Positions 1-49,051 of a stretch of DNA of 64,000 nucleotides are shown here, in pieces; within the stretch, counting starts at the first letter, position 1; every line of letters starts with the position of its first letter. The translations under genes were made by a program, and so were the position numbers. The notes beneath the pieces were generated by a model. The model was not told the origin of the DNA. It did no database searches and was given only the letters and a program-made list of their open reading frames with translations. Origin of the DNA: Eledone cirrhosa. Lineage: Eukaryota. The stretch is taken from the NCBI GenBank assembly GCA_964016885.1, contig OZ024742.1:38564001-38628000 (forward strand). Direction: 5' to 3'.

Positions 1-512
1 AAGGTTCACATTGGTATGGGCATAGTTATGTGGTTAAGGAGTTTGCTTTGCAACCACATAATTTTGGGTCCAGTCCCACTTCATGGTACTTTGAGCAAGT
101 GCCTTCTATAATCTTGGGTTATCCAATGCCATGTGAATAAAATTTAGTAGATGGAAACTGTATGGAAGCCCGTCATGTATTCTGTAAAGTGCTTAGCTGT
201 AGAAACCATGCCAAATATGAAAGGTAAGAGTCAAGATATGGTTCTCCATCCAATCTAGTCACAGTCATTTATGACTCATTCCATCCAAAGTGGATGTGAA
301 GATGAAATAATGATATATGTTTGTGTGTGTGTGTGTCTACATTTGTGTCTGAGTTTATGTTCCCTAATTTAATGGTTTCACAAAAAAGAAATCAATAAAA
401 TAAGTCCCAGACTTTTAAAAATATGATCAACTTCAAGGCAATGCTTCAGCATGACTACAGTCTAATGACTGAAACAAGTAAAAGGATAAAAGAGATAAAA
501 GAATAAACTTAC

Positions 513-37327
<36,815 letters not shown>

Positions 37328-40300
37328 TTTTCCTGAGTGTAGTCTACAAGTATAACAAGCAATCTATTACACATTCTTATCATAACCTGATTTTTTTTTT
37401 CTTCTATTAAACAACTACTAAACAGTCACAACTGATAAATATTAATCTAATCTAATCTGGCTGAGATAACACTCGCAAATAAGAACGAGGGCCGCCCCTA
37501 GGAGCATTGGATTTGGTGTACTTCATATTTGTTTTGGTTGCTGAATACAATCAGGGGTCGCTGCTTCTGAAGATCAATAGTTCTCTTCTAACTCGAGCGG
37601 GAGCACCTTACCATTGTCAATTTGCATTGATCATCTGCAAAGCCATATTGTTCTCAGAACCACTACACTAGTCTTTTGATGCGTGCAGCTGGCTGGAACT
37701 ACTACCACCCATTGATTTGGCAGTATTTATTTATTTTTTTAGATGGCCGTTGACTCATGAGTTTGTGACCTGTAAAATCTGTCCAACAATTCTTTCCTGA
37801 GACATTCTAACCACATGTCCATAGTATCGGAGCTGTGATCTCTCAATTCAGGGAAGTAGCGGCTCTACCTGGAGCAACTCTCTGATCTCCAAGCAATGCA
37901 CTCTATCGAATAATGTTACTCCAAAGACCCTTCAGAGGAACTCCATTTTGGCCACTTGTATTTGTGGTTGTATTCTTTCAGTCCTTACACAAGATTCATG
38001 ACCATAGGTAAGGGTTGGCAGAAATACCGAATTGAAGATAGTAAGTTTGGCTTTCACACCTACTGAATACTGAATGCTGAAGCTGGCGCATTACTGTACC
38101 AGCTCCTGTAATCTAGAAACACAAATCTTCAAATATATGCATAAGTATTTAACTTTTATAGTGTTTCATCATCATCACCATCTTCATTTAACATCCATCT
38201 TCCACACTAGCATGGGTTAGATGGGTTTGATGTACCTTATTACTGCCTCTCTGTATGAATAATTATTTCTGACAAATATACAAAACCTCAGATCTACAAC
38301 CATCAAGAAATGAGGTTTGATATTTAGGATTTCTTAATATTGTTGGCAAGGCGGCGAATTGGCAGAGTTGTTAAAATGTTAGATAGAATACTTTGCAGTA
38401 TTTGTTCCAGTTCTCTGAGTTCAAAACCTGCCAGTCAACTTTGCCTTTCATCCTTTCATGGTCAATAAAAAAGTACCTGTTTAGTACTTGGGTCGATATT
38501 TCCTCTATATCTCTTTCTCACTTCCTATTCTTCTCTGGAAGAAATCTGTTATGTTCAGACCTGGAGAGATGGGCTCTGCCAGGCTTAAAAATGCCCAAGA
38601 AACGCTGAATACCACTATGGCACCCTTACAACTCTATCAGGAGTTTCAGGATCAAGAAGAATGTTGTTGGCAATTTAAATAAAGAGTGGTTCTTTTTGTG
38701 CCTGAAGAAAGCACCTATAATCTTTTAAAGGCCCCCTCATGATTGGGAGAAGGGAGACCCTGACATGTGCATTGCTGCAGTAGGAAACAATGCATCAAGA
38801 TATATTTAGACTGAATATCTGGTCTGAATTGCAACATAGGAATGGTATAGACCTCCGTCGGTTTCCACAATGAGTGTTTTAGTTGTTTGATCACTGGAAC
38901 AGCCTGCTCATTAACTTGTAAATAGCTGAGTATTCCAGACATATGTACCCTTAACATAATCTCAAGTAGAAGATTCAGCATGACAATCAATCTGATGGGC
39001 TTCTAAACAGTTTCTATTTACCCAATTTCATTTACAAGAATGGGTTGATCAGAAGCTATGGCAAATATTTGCCCAAGATGCCACACAGAGAGATGGAACC
39101 TGGGACCTAATGATAATGAAGTGAACTTCTAAACCAGTCGGCCAATCTGCGTCCACCTGCAACAAAGCAAGATTCTACCAGATCAGCAGTTCTCAACCTG
39201 GGAGGTTCATGAGCCAATTCCAAACTTTCAAGTACTTCGTTAAAATGATAATATACAGACATTGTTGGGTATCCATTCATCTCTGAATATAAACATTTCT
39301 CTCTTTTGATTATTATTATCGCCGTAAAACATTTTAGGAAGAGGGTGTTGTAGCATGGGAAAATTCATTTAAATAAAATGGTCCTGAGTATTAAAAAGGT
39401 TGGCACCCACTACACTAAAAGCCGAAGTGATGGAAATAAACTGTGCGCCGGATTGTCAACTACCAGTGTCATCAAAGGGTTTTTGTAGTTTCTGCCAACC
39501 TCGGGTAAAGACTTCATTCGGTCACGAATGACTAGGCTTTGCACCTAGAAAGTTCCTCTTCGTGTGTTTTTGTGGAAGATAGTCGCCCACGCATACCAGT
39601 CTCCTCTTTTCACACTGTTGATGATGTCCAAGGGAAAGGCAAAAGCCGATACAGCTTGGCACCAATAACGCCGTAACTTATTTCTACAGCTGAGTGAACT
39701 GGAGCAATATAAAATAAAGTATCTTCTTCAAGGACACAATGCATCACCCGATCCGGGAATCGAACTCATGACCTCCCCATTGAGAATCCAACTTGTGTCC
39801 ACTCGACATTAAGCAATGCAGAGATGACACCCGGAAGTGTATGATTGTTAATCGAAATTCTTAACCCCTTCGCGACCATATTTCTAATGAAACACCCTCT
39901 ATTATAATTTATTAAGAATTTTGACAGATTCACTAAAATTATTGGTTATTTCACTACTAAGATAGTAACTTAATATATAGTTCTCATATAAACTTTAGGC
40001 CGAGAATTTTAACTGAAGTAGGAACCATTTAAAATGGATGGTTTTGTTTCATAAAACAGAAACGAATTTGGTGGTGTTATCACATAACCAAGGCTATTCT
40101 CAGAGAAGCAGTTAAGCTGAAAAACGGTACAAATTCTAAAATATATTAGACAAATTTAAACCTACTTTTTTCGACACGATATCATAAAACTACTAATAAT
40201 CGATTATTCAACCAAGTTAAACAAATTAATCGCATAAAGTCAAAAGAAAAAATATTTCATATATACATTTGTTTGTGCTTATGTGTACAATTAAATAATA

Positions 40301-40404
40301 TTGATTGTAAACTATGGATAATTTTTACCAGAATTATATGAATGACAGGACACCCACAAAATTATGCCACAGAATCGATTAAACTTCTTGTAAACAAACA
40401 AAAA

Positions 40405-40450
40405 AAAACGGAAGTAGAAACTACACGTGATGAAATTGGCGCTAAAATTA
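40405..40450 (-). promoter_or_regulatory. Candidate Ku70 promoter motif cluster (ETS, E-box, E2F-like)
   Basis: CGGAAGT 40409-15, CACGTG 40424-29, TTGGCGCTAAA 40436-46; possible minus-strand donor TG|GTAAAA at about 40328 for a non-coding first exon. Confidence 0.4.
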
Positions 40451-41029
40451 ACAGCGTAACATGCTTTCGTAACTCATTACCTTTACTTTAGATTACCTTG
40501 TAGAAAGCGTAGTTTTTAAAACTTAAAATAATAATAATAATTTCTTTATTTGCCACAAACGGCTGACATGGGGAAAACATTTAGGGCAACGCAGAACAGT
40601 ACAATGTTGTTTTTTTAATTAAAAGTTGTGATTTTATTATATCAAAATAAACGATGTACATGAAATTGCATAAGAGCAAAGTTTACCAGCCACTTCCTTC
40701 TGTTGTCTGTATCTGTTTATGTATTTACGTGTAGATGTGTGTGTATGTAACTAAAACGTAACGTACGTTACGAATGGACGACAATGATTATAACTTGTTT
40801 TTTAACAATTAATAGTGGAAAAGATTTCAAATTGTCTTAACTCGGGCCGCAACTCATGGTGTCTGACACTCCTACCAGCTACATAGCCTCTTCCATAAAT
40901 ATTTCACATGAAAATATAGGAGCAAAACAAAAGAAAATATTGAGTCAACACTATGTGTGTTAATTGGTCACACACAAGTGGTTTCGTGTAAAAAAGAAAA
41001 GTATAACAGAAACAGCAAACAAAAATGTA

Positions 41030-42080
41030 AACAAAAGAAAATTCCCCAATAGTGATGCATGCATGGAGAAATCTTACAAAAAGCCACGACCACCCTAGTC
41101 TCTAGGACAAGTACCTCCCCTAATTTACAAGTTCATACACACAAAACAGGCCCATTCGCTCGAACCATGCTTGTCACTCTCATCCATATTTTAGGACCTC
41201 GTTGGAAAAGAAAGAGCTTTTCTTTAACCCTTTCAACTCAGCCCCTCTTGCTATGGCCACTTGGCTCTTCCCAACCAAAGAAAGATGGTGCGGCTATCTT
41301 CACAATAGACACAGCCTTTAGCCAAATCTTTCCTACATGACAGCAACTGTTCAACATAGCTCCACAAGACAGCAATGCTTAGGCACTGGATGAATGTGTG
41401 CAGGATAGTTTTGTCATCCTGTGCACATCCCAGACAAGCTCGGCTGATGGCATTTCCTTGCCTGTAGCGCTTATCTTGAACTGGCAATTCCTCATGGTAG
41501 CACTGCCAGGCCAGGGATTTCTGGAAGTTATTCATTGGCCCCTGGCCAAAAGTTCTCCAGAAGAGAGCGGCTAGTTAATCGTCTTTAGTCCAGAGTTTCC
41601 CAAAGAATGGTGATGCTTTTTCCTAATAAAACACCAAAGTAGATTTTGCCCTGATCATAGTGCCTGACTGGCTGAGTGCTTGAAGACACCGCTGCAGTTG
41701 CAACCAGCTCCCTTTTGGTCTTTGCTTGACCCAGAATTACCATTCCATGAAGGAGACAGTGGGGAAATACGTGTCTGATGATTGGCAACCACACCTGTTC
41801 ACCATCAAGTAAATGCTTGAAATATCACAGCCTCAGTGCATGTCTGCACGTCGTCAGCAATGGCATGTTCAATCCTCCAAAGAGTGGGTGTTGAGAGCTG
41901 ATGGAATGCTACTCTTCCACAAAAAGAAAAAAAGCAGGTGTTCCCTTTTTGAAAATTGGGATTATCACTCCTCATTGCCATTGCATCTTCGGCCAGATTT
42001 TATCTTCCCCAGCAGCCTTGCCACATTTGAGCTCTTTAACTGCTCTTGTGACCTCAGCCTCTGAGAGATTAATCACTGCT
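41030..42080 (-). mobile_element. Decayed Tx1/L1-like LINE 3' region (zf-RVT-like)
   Basis: FQKSLAWQCYHEELPVQDK...RACLGCAQDDKTILHTFIQC...LWSYV resembles the Cys-rich domain after the RT. Related 3' remnants at about 47200-47460 and 51850-52530. Confidence 0.65.
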
Positions 42081-43617
42081 CCCAGATGTGTACATCAGAA
42101 GATGCTGTTGTGATCGGGTTTAGGAGCTCAGCAAAGTATTTTCTCTACTTCACGAGGATGCACCTCTTTGAAGAGAGGAGAACCCCAGGTGCATTCTTGA
42201 AAGTAGGTGTGGAGGAGGGCTTCTTACTACGAGGTTGGCAGATGGTCTGCCAGAACTCTTTATTTGCTGATGTGAAGTTGGATACCAGCTTAACCCCAAA
42301 GCCCTCTTATGTCTTAACTTTGGACTCCTTTACTGTCTCTGCAGCAATTCTTTGTGCCTGCTTGTACCACAAGTGCAAGAAAGAGGACTTATTTCCAAGC
42401 CAAGTTTTGTAAGCCTCCTTCTTTGCTTAGATGACATCTTTGACCTCTTGATTGAACCAAGGGGTTCCTGCCATCCAGCGCCACACCAACACTCGTTCAC
42501 TCGCAGCATTTAGTACCTGAAGCAGAAACTACTGCACTGAAAAATCTCCACACCATCTCAATATCCTCAGTTTTTTTTTTGGGGGGGGGGGGGGTCTCTG
42601 AATTTGGATGCAATAATATCTGCATACCTGGTCCCGACTTCTTTATCAACCAATGCACCAATTCCTTCCAATCACTTTTTTCTATGTCAGGTGGTCAGTG
42701 CCAACATGTGTGATGAAGTCTCCCATCAGGATACATAACTCAGTCTTAACTACATCTAACACTGCAGTGACTTCATCAAGGAAGAACCTGACTCCTTGTT
42801 TGGTGCATAAACATGCACTACCCACAGAGACCTATCTTTCAGTCATTGCTGGCACCACATCTGAATAATGGAGTTTTCATCCTCCATTAAAATCTACAGT
42901 ATCAGAGCCATGGAACTTTGTTGAGAAAACCCAGACTATATCTAGCTGGTAGCATCTAGCCTCCTCCACTAGTTCCTGCTCCTTACCAGGGTCCAACTAT
43001 CGAGGTTTGCTCCCTTTTGGACACTCTTTGGAGTCTCAGGATATGCAAACTTTATGCATCCATCCCACGCCTCTCAGGACAGGTCACAGGCATATCGCTA
43101 GTTTTTGCAGCATGAAATGAAGACTGCAATATATTTTTCGAACAAGTACCTCTACCTACGAAGTTTTGGTTGTTGTGGAAAAGGATGATAAACACAACAA
43201 ATACCAACAATTCTGGTTGGATATATAACTTCGCTTCAGCAAAACAGGCAAAAATATGATTACTTTGAATCGTAAATATAAAGTTTGATTATAGTGTTCA
43301 TAAATGAATATAGTGTTCAATAAGGCTTCTGTGTTGTGTGAGGGTCTCTTTGTTTACCATAGGATATTCCTTTAAAAAGTGACAAGTTGTAGTCAGTCAG
43401 TATGGTGCAGTTATGTTGTACAAGCGAAGTGACAGTGAACTGTGTTGTCTAGAAGTGACTGAGTGTTAGGACCACAGGACAGCCCATTTATAATGACAGC
43501 TAGTTATTTTTGATAGATAACAGATGGCCCTAAATCATCTAACCCATCTTAGTATGGAAAATGGACATTAAATAGTGGCAATGATGATGTACATATATAT
43601 ATATATGTGTGTCTATG

Positions 43618-43697
<80 letters not shown>

Positions 43698-44678
43698 ATT
43701 TGAATTTAAAAATGCATGAAAGGATGTATCCAATAGATGTAGTTGAGTATACTTTTTCATCCATCAATACTTTTAATATTCCTTGAAGAATGTACTAGAA
43801 ATGTGAGAGTAATAACAGAGTGAAGCTTCAGTTTCAAATAAATGAATATAATCGCTCTAGTGCTGGTGCCATGATAAAATGAACTCAATACACTCTGTCA
43901 AATGAGATTGTAGATGACTATAAATTGCACCTAGTACACACTATCACGTGGTATTACTGGTGCTTACACCAACCAATTTACTGAGTGTACTTGGTGCCTT
44001 TTATGGTGGCATCAGCATTTTACATGTTTTATTAATAAGGAATAAAACCCAGAAAATATGACCTAAGTCCTCAGCTGCTTGGTAAAAATATTAAATTTAT
44101 TAAAGTGCCTTACAAATTCTGTTAAACTTCAAATCATCATATAGAAAATGTGCCTTAATTCACAAAGCGTGAGTTAATTTGCTTATTTTGAATATGAAGA
44201 TTAAATATAATTGTTTCTACTTTTGGCACAAGGCCAGCAATTATCCCAGTGTATCACTGGTACTTTATTTTATCGACCCTGTAAGGATGAAAGGCAAAGT
44301 TAACCTCGGCGGGATTTGAACTCAGATCATAAAGGGAGGTAACTCTATGCTTCAAAGCATGGCGTCTGACCCTCTACCGATACTGCCAATCGATCGAAGA
44401 TTAAATATAATGAATATGATTTACAAAAGAAATATATTAACAAAAATGCGTCGGAAACGAAAAAAAAAAACACATTCCACACAACAGGGAATGTTAGTGT
44501 TATCCCATAAAATTTTTTAAAGTCATTCTTCAACACTCACAGCATTATCACAGGTGATATCGAGACTGAAGTGCTGGAATAGCCTAGCACCTACACGAAT
44601 ATCATCTGATATTTCAGTAAGATGAGCCACCAACGATGACAATAACATCGTTACCAGCGGCTCAGCTCCCGGAAAGTC

Positions 44679-44743
44679 ACAGACTGAATTATGTAATTTA
44701 CAGACTGAATTATGTAATTTACAGACTGAATTATGTAATTTAC
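44679..44743. repeat. Perfect 21-bp tandem repeat x3 (ACAGACTGAATTATGTAATTT)
   Basis: Read directly from the sequence. Confidence 0.95.
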
Positions 44744-45499
44744 CAATAAATTACAGTACTTCAGTAATTTATTCCATTTGACTTATAGATACTGTAACCT
44801 TCATCTCCACCGCAGTATCTAGGATGTGAGGCGGAACGAAAGACTCGCTAATCAGTGGCGTCCCAAGGGCACAAAGTGAGACAATCGGGCCTCTTCCCGG
44901 TTCATGTTGGGTATTGTCATAAAAAATGATCTAACATGAGTTGTAAATTAAAATAAATTAAGAAAAGGAGAGGAAGGACAAGTAACTTGATTTTAAACAT
45001 TTATTGTGAAAGATTTAGCTATCGAGCGATGAAAAAGATTATTCAATGATTGAAGGTGAGCGTAATGATAAAAAAAAAGAGAGTAAGAAGTGGAAGTGTA
45101 AAAAGACGAAATTGTTAGGTTTCTGACGAAAAGCAAATCACTAGACCTCCCCATCCAGCGTAACCAAACAAATTTATATTAGAAAATATATATTTTTCTC
45201 CGTGGCTAATAAAATATTTTCTCAAATGTAACCATATTTATAACAATATATGTTAATGGCCCTGATGGAAATACGTTAATAGATTATCATACTGCATAAT
45301 TTTGAAAATTATCTCTAATAGATGATAATATACTTTGATATTTATTTAAAATAATTCTATATGACTATTTACCTACTTCTCTAACCACTATAAAAGACAA
45401 TTATAAGTTGACTAGGAAAGAAGAAACATCAGTTTGTTTTATTGAAACAACTTTTATTTACTCAATATTTTTGAATGGCAAAATCTTCCCCCTTCACCT

Positions 45500-46700
45500 T
45501 TACAAAAATAGAGACAAGACAGGTTGTTCCAATTACAGAGGGATCCTCTTGTTAAGCCTCTCTGGTAAAGTCTATACTAAGTGTCTGGCAAAGAGATGCA
45601 GGGAGATTGTCGAGTCCAAGCTAGCTGATGAATAGTCTGGTTTTCGCCCTGGACACAGCACAATCAACCAAATATTCACACTGTGGCAAGTCTTCGAGAA
45701 ATCATGGGGGTACTGCCAAGAGCTATATTTGTGTTTTATAGACCTTGAAAAAGCATATGACCACATTCCTCGGGACCTGCTGTAGAAGATTGTGCAGGAG
45801 TGTGGGATTGATGGTCAGCGCCTTGCTGCCCTGATGTCTCTATTCGAATGCCCGAGTATTTGTGTTCAGATAAATGGTGTTAAATCGGACTCCACCAAGG
45901 GTGCGTACTGTCACCTCTCCTGTTTATTATTTTCATGAATAGGATTGACATGTGCAGCTGGATGTGAAGTGGTATCACGACTGCCAGATGTAAAATCTGT
46001 CAGCTGGAATTTGCAGATGACATGGTGTTATTTAACTCGACAAAAAGTGATCACCGACTTGCACTTGATAGGTTTGCTGCATGACTGGAATGAAAATCAG
46101 TGCTGCGAAAACTGAGACACTTGTCCTCTCAAGGAAGCCTGCGCAGTGCATGTAAGGCTGGATTAAATGCAAGTATTACAGGAGCTGGTGCAGTAATGCG
46201 CTAGCTTCAGCATTCAGTAATCAGAAGAAGGGAGGTAGGCGTAAAAGCCAAACTCGCTATCTTCAATTCGGTATCGTGGCAACCCTTGCCTATGATCATG
46301 AATCTTGTGTAATGGCTGAAAAAATATGATTGCGAATACAAGTGGCCGAAATGGGGTTCCTCTGAAGGGTTATTGGAGTAACATTACTCGATACATTGCG
46401 TAGCTCGGAGTTCAGAGAGTCATCCCAGGTAGAGTTGCTACTTCTGCAAATTGAGAGATCACAACTCGGATACTATGGGCATGTGATTAGAATGTCTCAG
46501 GAAAGAATGGTTGGACAAATTTTATGGGTAAAACCAACTGGCAGGAGATCCAGGAGTAAACCCAGAGCAAGATGGTTGGATACCATCCACGAGCTTAGCT
46601 GGTCTTGTTAGCCAAATCAGTTGGAGATGGTTGCTTCTGACAAGACCCACTGGAAAGAGTGTTTGAGAACTCTGCCCCCACGACTCCCCTCAGGAATATG
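45500..46700 (+). mobile_element. Decayed RTE/BovB-like LINE (second RTE family, (GAA)n tail)
   Basis: NYRGILLLSLSGKVY, GFRPG, FIDLEKAYD, FADD, IERSQLGYYGHVIRM...PTGRR. Further 3' fragments at about 4690-4985 (-), 13960-14255 (+), 37760-38120 (-), 58250-58492 (+), and EN remnants at 42400-43050 (-). Confidence 0.85.
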
Positions 46701-47583
46701 TGGGCAAAGAAGAAGAAAATCTTCACCTGTTATAAGGTTTCACATTTGTTGCTCACATTCATTCCTATGTCAGGCCTGATCAAACTGATCTATGACAAAA
46801 TCATTCTAGCCATGACCATATGTGCAAAGAACCAAGGACATTATCCAATGTGCATTTTCCCGAGACGATGAAGTGTGATTAGTGGGAGATTTTGTTGTTA
46901 TTTGTTGAGCGATTTTGCTACGGTCGAGCGATTACGCAGAATTTTCCTTTCTCTATCTCTTTTTCTACAATTGTCTCATTGAGTGGGCAGGGTGACTTTC
47001 ATATAATGTTTTGAACCTTCATCATTTTGTACTCTTGTGGAAAGCATTGTAAACTTAATTAAGAAATATAAAAAGAAATATAATTGTTTCTACTTTTGGT
47101 ACAAGGCCAGCAATTATACCAGTGCATTACTGGTACTTTATTTTATCGACCCCGTAAGGATGAAAGGCAAAGTTAACCTCGGCGGAATTTGAACTCAGAA
47201 AATACAACAGAACGAAAGCACAAACAAATATAATATAAAGGCAAGTGAAATAAAAAACAAAAAAAGAGAGACCCCCCCCTCCACACAGAAGCAGGTAGCA
47301 CATACAGAAGCTGGGACCACATACAACAAAAGGCAGGCGAAAGGGGTGGACAACTGAGCTGCTACCACAGCAAAAGATAACAGTATCGCGAGGAGCACCG
47401 GGAAACCTCTCTAATGATTTTTTAGGCAAGCCAGCACGCTCGCGGTGTTACCTCAGGTGATGGCGAGGCTGATGTTTAATTACCTTTTAACATCTTTTAT
47501 TCTAAGAAAAATAGACATTACGACAGATGACAATAAGTGCCTTCTGGAATGATTTGAGTACAGTACAGACCGGGAGGCCGCTA

Positions 47584-47653
<70 letters not shown>

Positions 47654-47683
47654 AGATCACAAGATGGTTAAAGGAGTTCCATG

Positions 47684-47754
47684 TATTTTATTATGCGCAT
47701 TTCAAAAACAAACATCATCATGCAATAATATTTGTGTTTTCATCAGATAAAACA
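47684..47754 (-). ncRNA. Minimal type I hammerhead ribozyme (intact core), left arm of fold-back element 2
   Basis: Reverse complement of 47851-47921. Confidence 0.83.
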
Positions 47755-47850
47755 GGAGAACATGATATGAAGGGTAAAAAACACTTGTGGATAGTGCAGT
47801 TTTAAATCAACAATCCACAAGTGTTTTTTAGCCTTCATATCATGTTCTCC

Positions 47851-47921
47851 TGTTTTATCTGATGAAAACACAAATATTATTGCATGATGATGTTTGTTTT
47901 TGAAATGCGCATAATAAAATA
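47851..47921 (+). ncRNA. Minimal type I hammerhead ribozyme (intact core), right arm of fold-back element 2
   Basis: Stem I TGTTTTAT (47851-58) / ATAAAATA (47914-21); core CTGATGA (47859-65); long stem II 47866-47901; GAAA (47902-05); palindromic stem III ATGCGCAT (47905-12); cleavage triplet AUA ending at 47913. Confidence 0.85.
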
Positions 47922-48151
47922 CATGGAACTCCTTTAACCATCTTTTGATCTTATATTATGTATACTCCAGTCCTACAAACTGTAGAGTGCTTCTTATCCG
48001 ATATCTGCATTGCTTTATTGTACTACAATAAAACTCACCTCCTACATATATATATATATATATATATGGAAAGTTATATTTAAATTATTGGGTTACAACT
48101 AGTAAATATTTATAACTGATATAAAAGCACTCAACAATAAAACTCACCTCC

Positions 48152-48190
<39 letters not shown>

Positions 48191-48317
48191 AAAGTTATAT
48201 TTAAATTGTTGGGTTACAACTAGTAAATATTTATAACTGATATAAAAGCACTCAACAAGTATTTGGAGTATATTTACGATATTAAATAAATGGAAACTAT
48301 ATCTATAAAACCATATT

Positions 48318-48383
48318 TATTTCATTATATATATTTCAGGGATATCATATTAACAATATGTTATGCCTTCCTCAGACAAAATA
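48318..48383 (-). ncRNA. Minimal type I hammerhead ribozyme, left arm of fold-back element 3
   Basis: Reverse complement of 48481-48546. Confidence 0.8.
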
Positions 48384-48480
48384 CAATATAGACAGTTTTA
48401 TAGATAAATCAACTTTTTCAAATACAAGTCGATGTTGAACGGTATGTCAAATCTATTTATCTATAAAACTGTCTATATTG

Positions 48481-48546
48481 TATTTTGTCTGAGGAAGGCA
48501 TAACATATTGTTAATATGATATCCCTGAAATATATATAATGAAATA
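48481..48546 (+). ncRNA. Minimal type I hammerhead ribozyme (intact core), right arm of fold-back element 3
   Basis: Stem I TATTTTGT / ATGAAATA (two GU pairs); core CTGAGGA (48489-95); stem II AGGCATAACATATT-GTT-AATATGATATCCCT; GAAA 48527-30; palindrome ATATATAT; AUA triplet ending at 48538. Confidence 0.8.
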
Positions 48547-48587
48547 AATATGGTTTTATAGATATAGTTTCCATTTATTTAATATCG

Positions 48588-48618
<31 letters not shown>

Positions 48619-48879
48619 GAAGAGTGAAGGAAAGCAGAAAGAAATACTAACAAAGAGCAAGTTTTCTATTAAAGTCAGTTTTATTCATAAAACTAATTAC
48701 TATATTACTTATGCAATATATGGTAAAAAAATTATCAGTTAAACATACTGATTAGTTAGTACATAAAGAGAAGACAAGATATTCCGGTTGGGTGTAACGT
48801 CGCTTGACAAATAACGAAAGCGAAGTAAAGAGTCCGGACATCTTCACAAGATGATACTGAAGAAAAGCAATGACCGCCT

Positions 48880-48920
48880 AGCGAGAGCGCATGCGTGCTT
48901 TCATCTGGGCCGCCATCTAA
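48880..48920 (+). promoter_or_regulatory. Probable DDB1 core promoter: NRF1-like and YY1-like motifs
   Basis: GCGCATGCG at 48887-48895 and GCCGCCATCT at 48909-48918, in a CpG-containing patch 70-105 bp upstream of the ATG. Confidence 0.6.
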
Positions 48921-48990
48921 AATTTTGTTTTGCAAAAGGCACGGAACCGTTGTCTTGGTAGGAGATAAAAGTTACGCTGGAACCACAATC

Positions 48991-49051
48991 ATGTCGTACA
49001 ATTATGTGGTAACTGCTCACAAACCTACGGCAGTCAATGCCTGTGTGACTG
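48991..49051 (+). CDS. DDB1: DDB1 exon 1 ([20 protein letters not shown])
   Basis: Canonical DDB1 N-terminus; donor GTAAGG. Confidence 0.97.

Larger units (their letters stand above)
47641..48046 (+). mobile_element. Fold-back hammerhead element 2 (palindrome 47641-47964 plus tail to 48046)
   Basis: Near-perfect arms of about 150 bp, 20-nt spacer 47793-47812, (TA)n on both sides, tail motif TATACTCCAG..TGTAGAGTGCT. Confidence 0.75.
48188..48589 (-). mobile_element. Fold-back hammerhead element 3 (palindrome 48275-48589 plus tail 48188-48274)
   Basis: Apparently perfect 135-bp arms, 45-nt spacer, (TA)n on both sides; outer 45 bp and tail closely match element 1. Confidence 0.75.

Noticed and set aside
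40757-40772. Perfect 16-bp palindrome CGTAACGTACGTTACG
   Set aside because: Too short and low-complexity to support a function without other data.
44679-44743. Three direct repeats as a possible CRISPR array
   Set aside because: No spacers; a simple 21-bp tandem repeat in eukaryotic DNA.
44660-44900. GGAAAGTC...ACAATCGGGCCTC as RNase MRP CR-I/CR-V
   Set aside because: The two segments cannot form the P4 helix (GTCACAG vs CGGGCC).
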